DNA from: Opitutales bacterium
GTDB taxonomy: Bacteria; Verrucomicrobiota; Verrucomicrobiia; Opitutales; Opitutaceae
Direction of reading: 5' to 3'
DNA length: 64,000 nt
Assembly: GCA_038249085.1 (NCBI GenBank)
Contig: JBBRWR010000010.1
Location: forward strand, 11,009-75,008
In this document: positions 34,730-44,576 of the stretch, piece after piece
How positions within the stretch are numbered: the first letter of the stretch is position 1
Layout of the letters: every line of letters begins with the position of its first letter
Translations under genes and position numbers: made by a program
Notes under the pieces: model-generated
Seen by the model: only the letters and a program-made list of their open reading frames with translations
Databases searched by the model: none
What the model was told of the DNA's origin: nothing

Positions 34730-37351
34730 ATGTCCAGCCCGCCCTCACTTGCTTCGCCGCCGCCCGCTGCCGAGGAGCATGCCCGCCGGCTGTTGATCCA
34801 GGAAAAGTGGCGGCAGGCGCGCGATGAGCTGAAGCCGCTCGTCAAGGTCGACCGGGTGCGCTTCCTTCCGCTGCTGGTCGAAGCCAACCTCGGCCTGGCC
34901 CGCAAGATGATGGCGGACGGGCAGACGGACGGGGCCCGGCAGGTTCTGAACTATCTCGCGACGCTCGTCCCAAGGGAACAGTTGCGCGCCGTCGAGCTGG
35001 AACTGGCGACCAAGTCCGGGGCGACCGAACAGACGCGGCCGAAGTACGTCGCCGCCCTGGTGGATGCCGGGATCGCGCTCCCCGCCGCGGAGCGCGTGCG
35101 GCTTGCGGATGCGTTGGTGCTGGCGTTTGAACCGGTCGTGCCGGACGACCCGGCGTCGCCGGAGCAGGCCCGGGCGGTCGCGGAAGTGGACGCAGTGCAC
35201 GCGGCCTTGCGGGCGGTCGCGGAGGCGCAGTGGCCGCGGGTGACGGAGCTGCTCCGGCTCGTGCCGCACCGCTCGGTGGTCAGCCACTGGGCCGGGTTCA
35301 TCAAGGGCATCGCGGCGTTTTATGCGGGCGACGCCGCCAGGGCGGCGAAGCTCCTGCGCAACCTGCCGGCGGGTTCGGTACCAGCCCGGGCCGGCGCGGC
35401 TTATCTCCTGCTGGCGGACGAATCCGCCGCTCCACCGGTGATCGCTCCGGTCCTCGAAGCCCTCGGCGGACTGATCGGGGCGGGCGGTGGCGTCGCCAGC
35501 AGTCTGCTGCGCGCGGACCAGCTCTGGCGCCAGGGCAACCACACCGAGTCTTATCGGGTCTTGCGCGAGGCGGTGCCTGCCTTTCCGGGCCCGGGCCTCG
35601 ACTGGATCGGCGGGCTCACGGAGTTCTATTTCAAGTCTCCCCACGGGATGGCGCCGGACGCCGGGAGGCGGGTGGTGATGATGTTCGATCGGCTCTTCTC
35701 CCGGGGGCAGGGCAAGAACGACACCGAGACGATGCTGGCGCACCGGATGTTTTCGCTCGTCGGCAGCGCGATTGGGCGCGGTGAGGACCTGCGCCGGGAC
35801 TGGGCGCGTTTCCTGAACCAGCGCGAATCGATCCACGGCCGGAACCCGCGGCTGGCCTCGCTCGCCTACGGCTGGCTGGGCGAACAGCTCGCGATGACCC
35901 GCCGGGCCCCGGGATTCCATGCGGGTACGCCCACGCTGCGAGACCCGGCGGGGGCGCTCGACGCCTTGCAACGGAGCATCGCGCTCGATCCCACGAACCT
36001 CGCGGCGCACCTGCAGTTGTGCGCCTTGTACGGCGTGTTGAAGAAGACCAGCGAGCGCAACCGGCTGCTCGACGACATGACGGCGCGGTTTCCGGACGAC
36101 AAACAGGTGTTGTTGCAGGCCGCGGCCGGCTGCGTCGACCGGAAGGCCTACGGCAAGGGGCTCGAGTATCTGGATCGGGCGCGGCACGTCGATCCGCTCG
36201 ATCCGCGAATTCCTGAAGCGACCGTCACGGCCTTGCTGCGACAGGCAATGCGGCAGTTCAAGGAGCGGCGTGCCGCCAAGGCGGAACAGACGCTTGCCCG
36301 CGTCGAGGAATTCCAGACCGACAATCCGGAGGATTTTTGCCGCAGCCGCTGGACTTTGCGGCTGCGCCACGGGGTGATGCAGACGATCTGGGGCGAAGCC
36401 GCCCGGGGCGCCGCGCTGCTCGCCGAGGCGGCGGAGCTGGCGCCGAGCCGGATGGCATGGTTGTGGTTCAGCCATCTGGCGCACCGGGTTTGCGCGCAGG
36501 AGTACCGCGGCGAGTCGCCGTTTCTCGCGGAGCTCAAAGCGGTGCTGCGCCGGGCTCCGCGCCTCGGCGAGCTCAGTCTCCCGCTGCGCCTGCTCGCGTA
36601 CTGGCGGCAGGCGCCGGAAAACCCCCGGACGTACGAGGAGGAGCGTCTCCTGGCCGCGGCCATCGAGCGAGCGGTGGGGCAACCCTTCACCCGCGCCGAG
36701 GCGGTCAAGGTGGTCGAAAGCGCACGCGACCATCACGAGTTTGCCAATGCCATCCGAAAACTGGTGAAGAAATTCCTCCGGACCGACCGGCACGATCCGC
36801 GGTTCCGGCTGTGGAGGATCGAATTCGCCAACCCCTTTACCTTCGGGCCGCCCGCCAGCCGCGCGGAGGTGCAGGCGATTCTCGATGAAGCGGGGCGCCG
36901 GCACGATGAGCCGGCAATCCGCGAGGCCCGCCGATTGCTCAGCGACCTCGACCATCCGCCGCCGTCCATACCGGGCCCGTTCGGGCCCTGGTCCGATTTT
37001 GCGGAGGGCCCGGACGACGATGAAGAGGAGGGCTTCGGGCCCGACGACGGGTTGCCGCCGCCGGAGATGACCCCGGAGATGGTCACCCAATTCGCGGAAT
37101 TGTTCGAAGAGCTCCGGGATGCGCCCGATGCCGTCGTGCGGAAACTGCGGCGACAGACCGCCGGGCTGGTCCCGGATGGCCTCTTCGACGCGATGGTGCA
37201 GATGGCCAGGCAAGGCATCATGCCGCCGCGGCCGTCCCCGCGGGCGCAGCCTTCGCTGCCGGCGCCCGGGCCGCCGCCGCCGAAGCCCGCCCCGCGACCA
37301 CCGCCAAAGTCGCTGCCGCCGCCCGACCCGAACCAGTTGAATTTATTCTGA
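34730..37351 (+). CDS. large TPR-like all-helical repeat protein with acidic and proline-rich C-terminal tail
   Basis: ATG at 34730 (the ORF track starts at a TTG at 34694). 873 aa of helical-repeat-like sequence (e.g. ALQRSIALDPTNLAAHLQLCALYGVLKK...YGKGLEYLDRARHVDPLDPRI). Tail: DDDEEEGFGPDD...PPPPKPAPRPPPKSLPPPDP. The stop is 1 nt before the next ATG. Confidence 0.8.
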   Translation: MSSPPSLASPPPAAEEHARRLLIQEKWRQARDELKPLVKVDRVRFLPLLVEANLGLARKMMADGQTDGARQVLNYLATLVPREQLRAVELELATKSGATEQTRPKYVAALVDAGIALPAAERVRLADALVLAFEPVVPDDPASPEQARAVAEVDAVHAALRAVAEAQWPRVTELLRLVPHRSVVSHWAGFIKGIAAFYAGDAARAAKLLRNLPAGSVPARAGAAYLLLADESAAPPVIAPVLEALGGLIGAGGGVASSLLRADQLWRQGNHTESYRVLREAVPAFPGPGLDWIGGLTEFYFKSPHGMAPDAGRRVVMMFDRLFSRGQGKNDTETMLAHRMFSLVGSAIGRGEDLRRDWARFLNQRESIHGRNPRLASLAYGWLGEQLAMTRRAPGFHAGTPTLRDPAGALDALQRSIALDPTNLAAHLQLCALYGVLKKTSERNRLLDDMTARFPDDKQVLLQAAAGCVDRKAYGKGLEYLDRARHVDPLDPRIPEATVTALLRQAMRQFKERRAAKAEQTLARVEEFQTDNPEDFCRSRWTLRLRHGVMQTIWGEAARGAALLAEAAELAPSRMAWLWFSHLAHRVCAQEYRGESPFLAELKAVLRRAPRLGELSLPLRLLAYWRQAPENPRTYEEERLLAAAIERAVGQPFTRAEAVKVVESARDHHEFANAIRKLVKKFLRTDRHDPRFRLWRIEFANPFTFGPPASRAEVQAILDEAGRRHDEPAIREARRLLSDLDHPPPSIPGPFGPWSDFAEGPDDDEEEGFGPDDGLPPPEMTPEMVTQFAELFEELRDAPDAVVRKLRRQTAGLVPDGLFDAMVQMARQGIMPPRPSPRAQPSLPAPGPPPPKPAPRPPPKSLPPPDPNQLNLF

Positions 37352-37352
37352 G

Positions 37353-37658
37353 ATGAACCCCTACGTGATTCTGGGCGTGCCCCGCGAGGCCGCCGATGGC
37401 CGCATCCGCCAAGCCTACCTCGACGCGGTCAAACTCGCCCCGCCCGAAACCCATCCCGTCCGCTTCAAGGCAGTCGCGGCGGCGTATGAGAAAATCAAAG
37501 ACGAAGCGGCCCGCGGCCGGTATGAGCTCTTCGACACCGAGGCGCCGGGCGACTCCCCGCTCGAGGTCTTTCTGCACCACGCGCGCCTGACGGCGCGGCG
37601 GGCGCCGCCCGGCTTCGAAGCCCTGAAGGCGTACCTGCGCACCTGTTCCAAACCGTGA
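37353..37658 (+). CDS. stand-alone J-like domain protein lacking the HPD tripeptide
   Basis: 101 aa. The J-domain helix I-III pattern is present (NPYVILGVPREAADGRIRQAYLDAVKLAPPETHPVRFKAVAAAYEKIKDEAARGRYELFD). There is no G/F region, zinc finger or C-terminal domains. The stop overlaps the next start (GTGA). Confidence 0.8.
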   Translation: MNPYVILGVPREAADGRIRQAYLDAVKLAPPETHPVRFKAVAAAYEKIKDEAARGRYELFDTEAPGDSPLEVFLHHARLTARRAPPGFEALKAYLRTCSKP

Positions 37659-38506
37659 AGCCAACCTCCGACGAATCGCTCCCGCTCTTCAACCTGGACG
37701 CACTCCCGCTCCCGCCGGCGCCCGGCGCTCCGTCCGGCCCCGCGGCCCCGCCCGATGTGGCGCCGCAAATTCCGCCCGGCCCCGCGGCCGAAAGAACGGA
37801 CGCCGCCCCGCCCCGGCCCGACGACGACGCGGAGCTGGTGGACTGGAAGGACGACCTCCGCCGCGACTTCGAGGTCTGGCTGGCGTCAATCGACGAAATC
37901 TCCGCACCGCCGGAGGACCCGGGCGACGCCGCCAGCGATCCGCCCGATCTTTACTCGTTCTACGAACAACTGGCCGCGGCCAGCGCCGAGTCGCGCAAGG
38001 CGAACCGCCGCACCGCCGAAGCCATGAGTCAGTGGGGCGAGACGCTGGCGCGCTTCGAGAACGGCTTGCAGCCGCTGCGTGAAGCTGCGGCGCAACTCAC
38101 CGCCGCCCAGCCGGTGGCGGGCCGGATGGCGCGCGCCCATTGTCTCATTCTCGTGGAACTGCTCGACCGCATGCACCGCCTGGCCGGCGCCTTCGCGTCG
38201 CCGCCCGCGGCGAAACGCGCCTGGTGGGGCGCGGCGGTCGACCGCGCGTGGCGGCAATCGTGGGAAGCGCAACACCAGGCCCTCGACATTCTCGTGGGCC
38301 ACGTCGAGGCGCTGCTGGCCCGGGAGGGGGTCAGCCGCATCGCCACCGCGGAGCAGCCCTTCGATCCCGCCTTCATGCTGGCCGTCGCCGCCGAACCCGA
38401 TGCCACCCGGCCGCCCCAAACGGTCGTGGCGGAAGTCGCGGCCGGTTTCCTGCGCGACGGTGAGCTCCTCCGCGCCGCCCAAGTCAAGGTCACCCGCCAG
38501 GTTTGA
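37655..38506 (+). CDS. GrpE-like nucleotide exchange factor with long Pro-rich N-terminal extension
   Basis: GTG start overlaps the upstream stop. GrpE-type blocks: LILVELLDRMHRLAGAF and LLAREGVSRIATAEQPFDPAFMLAVAAEPD...VVAEVAAGFLRDGELLRAAQVKV. Confidence 0.75.
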   Translation: MKPTSDESLPLFNLDALPLPPAPGAPSGPAAPPDVAPQIPPGPAAERTDAAPPRPDDDAELVDWKDDLRRDFEVWLASIDEISAPPEDPGDAASDPPDLYSFYEQLAAASAESRKANRRTAEAMSQWGETLARFENGLQPLREAAAQLTAAQPVAGRMARAHCLILVELLDRMHRLAGAFASPPAAKRAWWGAAVDRAWRQSWEAQHQALDILVGHVEALLAREGVSRIATAEQPFDPAFMLAVAAEPDATRPPQTVVAEVAAGFLRDGELLRAAQVKVTRQV

Positions 38507-38514
38507 GCGAAACG

Positions 38515-38569
38515 GTCTTCTCTCGTCTTCACTTTTCCTCTCACTCTCACTCTCACTTCCCCTTCCTCC
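38515..38569 (+). promoter_or_regulatory. polypyrimidine (CT-rich) leader directly upstream of the Hsp70 ATG
   Basis: GTCTTCTCTCGTCTTCACTTTTCCTCTCACTCTCACTCTCACTTCCCCTTCCTCC-ATG. It has three tandem CTCTCA units, locally low GC, and no GGAGG-type Shine-Dalgarno (it ends in CCTCC). Function unknown. Confidence 0.3.
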
Positions 38570-40342
<1,773 letters not shown>

Positions 40343-40345
40343 CCA

Positions 40346-40648
40346 GTGCCGATCGTCTGCCCCGCCTGCAACAAGGCCAGCCAGACCGCCGCCGCGTGCC
40401 AGCGCTGCGGCTGCGATCTCACGAGGCTGCAGGAGATTGTCGCCACCGCCGGGGCGCTCCGGGGCGCCGCGGTCGCTGCCCTGGCCGACCGCGACTGGTC
40501 GGCGGCGCAGGCCGCGGCCGGGCGCTCATGGCAGTTGTGTCACCGCGTGGAGTCCGCGCGGGTCGCGTTCCTGGCCGCCGCCGCCGCCGGTGAGACGGCG
40601 CAGGCGTTGCGCTGGCGGGAACGGGCGGGGAATGCCGGCAGTGAGTGA
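40346..40648 (+). CDS. small zinc-ribbon protein with helical-hairpin C-terminal part
   Basis: GTG start 3 nt after the Hsp70 stop, with a GGAGG 8 nt upstream. CPAC-x9-CQRC motif at the N-terminus. GC3-rich codons. The 3' end overlaps the recQ start by 17 nt. Confidence 0.6.
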   Translation: MPIVCPACNKASQTAAACQRCGCDLTRLQEIVATAGALRGAAVAALADRDWSAAQAAAGRSWQLCHRVESARVAFLAAAAAGETAQALRWRERAGNAGSE

Positions 40649-42614
40649 ATCTCCCCCCAACCCGGCCGATCCTGCCCGCGCCCTCCTGCGCGAGCGCTTC
40701 GGCTTTGAGAGTTTCCGACCGGGGCAGGAGGCCGTGATCGGGCACCTGCTGGCGGGGCGTTCGGCACTGGCGGTGTTTCCCACCGGGAGCGGCAAGAGCC
40801 TCTGCTTTCAGCTCCCGGCGCTCCTCCTGCCCGGGCTCACGGTCGTGGTCTCGCCGCTGATCGCGTTGATGAAGGATCAAACCGATTTCCTGCAGGCGCG
40901 GGGGATCGCGGCGGCGCGGCTCGATTCGAGTGTGAGCCGCGAGGAGTACACCGGCATCCAGGACGCGCTGCGCGCCGGCCGCCTGAAGATCCTGTATGTG
41001 GCGCCGGAGCGTTTCTCCAACGAACGGTTTCTCGCGCGATTAAAGACACTGACGATCGACCTGCTGGTGATCGACGAGGCGCACTGCATCTCCGAATGGG
41101 GCCACAACTTCCGCCCCGACTATCTGAAGCTGGCGCGCTTCTCCCGCGACTTGCGGGTGGGGCGGGTCCTGGCGTTGACCGCGACCGCCACTCCGGGCGT
41201 GGCGCAGGATATCTGCCGTGAGTTCGCCATTACCCCCGCAGCGCACGTGCACACCGGGTTCTACCGGCCCAATCTTCACTTGCGCGCGACCGCCTGTGCG
41301 CCCGGGGAGCGCCTGCGCGTGCTCATCGAGCGGCTGCAGGTCGGGCCGCCGGGGCCGACCATTGTCTATGTGACGCTGCAGAAGACCGCCGAGGCGGTGG
41401 CGGCAGCGCTCGCGCAGGCGGGCTTTGCCGCCGAGGCCTACCACGCGGGCATGGAATCGGAAACGCGCGAAGCGGTGCAGAATCGCTTCATGGCCTCGGA
41501 CGACGCGATCGTGGTTGCGACGATCGCGTTCGGGATGGGCATCGACAAGGCAAACATCCGCGCGGTGTACCACTACAACCTGCCGAAGAGCCTCGAAAAC
41601 TACGCGCAGGAAATCGGCCGGGCCGGGCGCGACGGGGCGCCCTCGCACTGCGAGATGCTCGCGGCGGCGGAGGATCTCACCGTGCTGGAAAACTTCACCT
41701 ACGGCGACACGCCCACGCCGGAGGCCTTGCGGGATCTGCTCAAGGAGCTGTTGGAAGCGCGGACGGTTGGGCAGGTCTTCGACGTTTCCATGTACGAATT
41801 GTCGGCGCGCCACGACCTCCGCCAGTTGGTTGTGTCGACCGCCCTCACCTATCTCGAGCTCGATGGACTGATCGCGGCGACGGCGCCGTTCTACACGACC
41901 TACCAGTGGAAGTTACTGCGCCCGGTGGAGGAGATCCTCGGGCGCTTCGACGCGGCGCGGCGGGAGTTTCTCGAACGTCTCTTCGGGCTCGCGAAGGTGG
42001 GCCCGGTCTGGAATTCGGTGGTCATGGCGGAAGCGGCGGCGGCGTTGGGGGGCGAACGCGAGCGCATGGTGAAGGCGCTGAATTACCTCGAAGAGCAGGG
42101 CGACCTCGCCCTGCAGGTCGCCGGCGTGCGCCAGGGCTATCGCGTGCTCCGGGTGCCGGACGACCTGGCGGCGGAGTGGCGGGAGCTGCGCCGGCGCTTC
42201 GCGGCGCGCGAGCGCAGCGACATCGTGCGCGTGCAAAGGGTCGCCGAGTTGGCGGGTGGCGAAGGCTGCCTTGTACGGCGGCTGCTCGGCTACTTCGGCG
42301 AGGAACTCGGGCGCGAATGCGGCCATTGCGGGCGCTGCGCCGGCGACCCACCAGCGCGGCTGGAGCGCGCGCCGGTCGCCTTCGCGTTGCCGGCCGGCGA
42401 ACTGGAGGCGTTGCGCACCGCGCACCCCCGCGCGCTCGGAGGACCGCGACAGGTGGCGCGGTTTCTCTGCGGCCTCAACTCGCCGGCGCTGTCGGCGGCG
42501 AAGCTCACCCGGCATCCGCGGTTTGGCGGTCTGGCGGAGATTCCCTTCGCCCAGGTAATCGCAGCGGTGAAGCCGGCGCCGCCGGTCGACCCGGAGCCGG
42601 CGCCGGAAGAGTGA
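40632..42614 (+). CDS. recQ: RecQ-family ATP-dependent DNA helicase
   Basis: The ATG at 40632 gives ...LLRERFGFESFRPGQEAVI..., a typical RecQ N-terminus. Walker A is FPTGSGKSL and the DEAH box is VIDEAHCISEWGHNFRPDY. Other blocks are LALTATAT and QEIGRAGRDG. The Zn-binding block is CLVRRLLGYFGEE...CGHCGRC. The longer ORF from 40221 is an out-of-frame overlap with Hsp70. Confidence 0.9.
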   Translation: MPAVSESPPNPADPARALLRERFGFESFRPGQEAVIGHLLAGRSALAVFPTGSGKSLCFQLPALLLPGLTVVVSPLIALMKDQTDFLQARGIAAARLDSSVSREEYTGIQDALRAGRLKILYVAPERFSNERFLARLKTLTIDLLVIDEAHCISEWGHNFRPDYLKLARFSRDLRVGRVLALTATATPGVAQDICREFAITPAAHVHTGFYRPNLHLRATACAPGERLRVLIERLQVGPPGPTIVYVTLQKTAEAVAAALAQAGFAAEAYHAGMESETREAVQNRFMASDDAIVVATIAFGMGIDKANIRAVYHYNLPKSLENYAQEIGRAGRDGAPSHCEMLAAAEDLTVLENFTYGDTPTPEALRDLLKELLEARTVGQVFDVSMYELSARHDLRQLVVSTALTYLELDGLIAATAPFYTTYQWKLLRPVEEILGRFDAARREFLERLFGLAKVGPVWNSVVMAEAAAALGGERERMVKALNYLEEQGDLALQVAGVRQGYRVLRVPDDLAAEWRELRRRFAARERSDIVRVQRVAELAGGEGCLVRRLLGYFGEELGRECGHCGRCAGDPPARLERAPVAFALPAGELEALRTAHPRALGGPRQVARFLCGLNSPALSAAKLTRHPRFGGLAEIPFAQVIAAVKPAPPVDPEPAPEE

Positions 42615-42898
42615 AGCACCAACGGTCCGGTGCGCGGGAAATGGTGCCTTCCTGTCCGCCGTGACCTTGCCCGGTGCCCAAGCGACTGGGTTGATTGTAC
42701 GCGGCCCCATGCCGTGTTGCGAAGTGCCTCGGCAAAACGAGAAACGCACAATGTAACCGGTTAGGTTAGCCGATTTCGAGCTTCGTTCGAGGTGCCCGTC
42801 GTGGCGGGTGAGATTCGCCAGGATCTTGAGCACCTCGAATGCCGCACTGAGCGGAAGAAAGATTTTGCGTTGCCGGCCGGGCTGGGCAGCTTGCCCGC

Positions 42899-43171
42899 AT
42901 GCCACACGATACCAACGCCGCGGCCGTTGATGGCAGTCTGCTGGAATCGGCCGCGCTCTGCTTGGATGTTGCCAGCGTCAGGGCATTGGGCGGCCTCAAA
43001 CTCGACGTGACGGCACAGGCCCGGCTCGACGAACTCGCACGCAAGGCGAACGAGGGGCAACTCGCCGCCCAGGAGGCGGCAGAATACGACCGCTTCATCG
43101 AATTGAGCGACATCCTGGCGACGCTGCGATTGAAGGCTGAACGGCAGTTCAGCGCCGCGGCGGGTCGATGA
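42899..43171 (+). CDS. small helical protein paired with the downstream HNH nuclease (putative partner/antitoxin-like)
   Basis: 90-aa ORF whose stop overlaps the HNH start (ATGA). It has a helical, Glu/Ala-rich C-terminal half (ARLDELARKANEGQLAAQEAAEYDRFIEL). Confidence 0.55.
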   Translation: MPHDTNAAAVDGSLLESAALCLDVASVRALGGLKLDVTAQARLDELARKANEGQLAAQEAAEYDRFIELSDILATLRLKAERQFSAAAGR

Positions 43172-43566
43172 GCGGGAGGGGGCGGCACTCGGTGCAGGAA
43201 CGGGCCGCGGGGCGATGCGAATATTGCCGGCTGCCGGACTTCCGACCGCCGCTGGAGGATTTTCACCTGGAGCATATTGTCGCGCGGCAACACGGCGGCG
43301 GGACCACCAGCGAGAACCTTGCTTGGGCGTGCCACCGGTGCAATCGCCACAAGGGCACCAATCTGACCGGCATCGATCCGGCCACGCGCGAAGTCGTGGC
43401 GCTCTACCATCCGCGTCGCGACATTTGGCACGAGCACTTCACCGTCGAGGACGTTCGTTTGCGCGGACTCCCGGCCACCGGACGGGCGACCGTTTGGTTG
43501 TTGCAGAGGAATGCCCAGCGACGACTGGAACGGCGGGCGGAACTTATGCTGCGTGGCTGGTATTAA
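43168..43566 (+). CDS. HNH endonuclease
   Basis: 132 aa with CEYCRLP...HLEHIVARQHGGGTTSENLAWACHRCNRHKG (HNH/zinc-finger signature). Confidence 0.85.
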   Translation: MSGRGRHSVQERAAGRCEYCRLPDFRPPLEDFHLEHIVARQHGGGTTSENLAWACHRCNRHKGTNLTGIDPATREVVALYHPRRDIWHEHFTVEDVRLRGLPATGRATVWLLQRNAQRRLERRAELMLRGWY

Positions 43567-43928
43567 ACGCAGCTCGCTGTGCCGCGACGGCGGGACGGTC
43601 AGCGTGATCCGCTTCCCGGATGGTCCGCATTCGTTACCGCCCGCGCCAGCCAGCCTTCGGCAGACAAGCCCGACGCCTCGCCCGTCTGGCAGGTTCTCCA
43701 CGAACACGCGGAGATCTTTCGCTTGACGTTGCCACCGCGATCCAGGCGTTCCTCGGCGACCGACCAACGGGGTCAGGACGAAACTTGCAACGCCGGCCGC
43801 CAGCCGCTCCCCTTTGCGCGAGGCGCTCCGCAGCTCCTGCGGTTCGGCGCAAGGGAGATCCGGCGCCAACCGGGGCAGAAAAACCGCTGCTCGCGCGTCC
43901 CATCGCCGGGTTGCGACGAGCAACTCAC

Positions 43929-44012
43929 GGACTGACCCCGTTGGGCCCGCCCTGACGAAAGATAAAGATAAAGAGCAAAGAGAAAGATGGTACGGCCAAA
44001 AGAGGTCAGTCC
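43929..44012. repeat. purine-rich low-GC element flanked by a 9-bp inverted repeat (family D)
   Basis: GGACTGACC...CCCTGACGAAAGATAAAGATAAAGAGCAAAGAGAAAGATGG...GGTCAGTCC. The core at 43950-43990 matches 56017-56057 in 38 of 41 positions. Confidence 0.75.
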
Positions 44013-44165
44013 CTGAAATGCTGATGCGAGGTCGGGCCGGTCCGCGCATCGATGGGTGGCGAACGGGGTCAACCCGCTGGTTGCTGCTTGGCTGCACCAG
44101 ACATGTCAGGAATGAGAAGAGCTTCACCGGCAATCAGCGGGTTGACCCCCTGCGTACCCGGCGAC

Positions 44166-44576
44166 TTACCAAATTGTCCTGAAGCCGCGCACGCCGACGA
44201 GATCGTGCATCTTCTCGTCGATGGTGAGCAGCGGCAGCCGGTGTTCGACCGCGGTGGCGACGATGTGACGGTCGCATGGATCGCGGTGGGGCCGGCCGGC
44301 CGTAGTCCAGTCGAGATAGGCGGCGCGGAGGGCAATTTTTCGCGTGACTGGGAGTACTTCCATGTACGCGGTGGCGTTTGCGAGCCATTGGCCCGGCGCC
44401 ATCGGGGTAATGATGGCGCCACTGGCCAGATGGCGGGAGAGTTCGGCCAGAGTAACATCGGAAATCGCGAGTTCACCGGGCCCGGCAGCCGCCAGGATTT
44501 CGAGCGCTTTGACCGACAGCCGGGGATCGCGGTGTGCGGCCCAATCGACGACGTGGGTGTCCAGAAGATACTTCAC
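44166..44576 (-). CDS. vapC: PIN-domain toxin (VapC family)
   Basis: 136 aa. N-terminal MKYLLDTHVVDW (PIN acidic residue), plus ...DRHIVATAVEHRLPLLTIDEKM. The GTG start overlaps the upstream antitoxin stop. Confidence 0.85.
   Translation of the reverse strand: MKYLLDTHVVDWAAHRDPRLSVKALEILAAAGPGELAISDVTLAELSRHLASGAIITPMAPGQWLANATAYMEVLPVTRKIALRAAYLDWTTAGRPHRDPCDRHIVATAVEHRLPLLTIDEKMHDLVGVRGFRTIW

Noticed and set aside
38515-38569. Short tandem CTCTCA repeats and the family D tracts considered as CRISPR-like or microsatellite arrays
   Set aside because: There are only three 6-nt units, with no spacer-repeat periodicity of 25-40 nt and no cas genes. They are described instead as a polypyrimidine leader and dispersed element.
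42766-44133. 455-aa minus-strand ORF spanning the HNH pair and the non-coding gap
   Set aside because: It is antisense to the motif-bearing HNH gene, has low-complexity Arg/Pro/Ser-rich translation, and crosses the family D repeat. No motif supports it.
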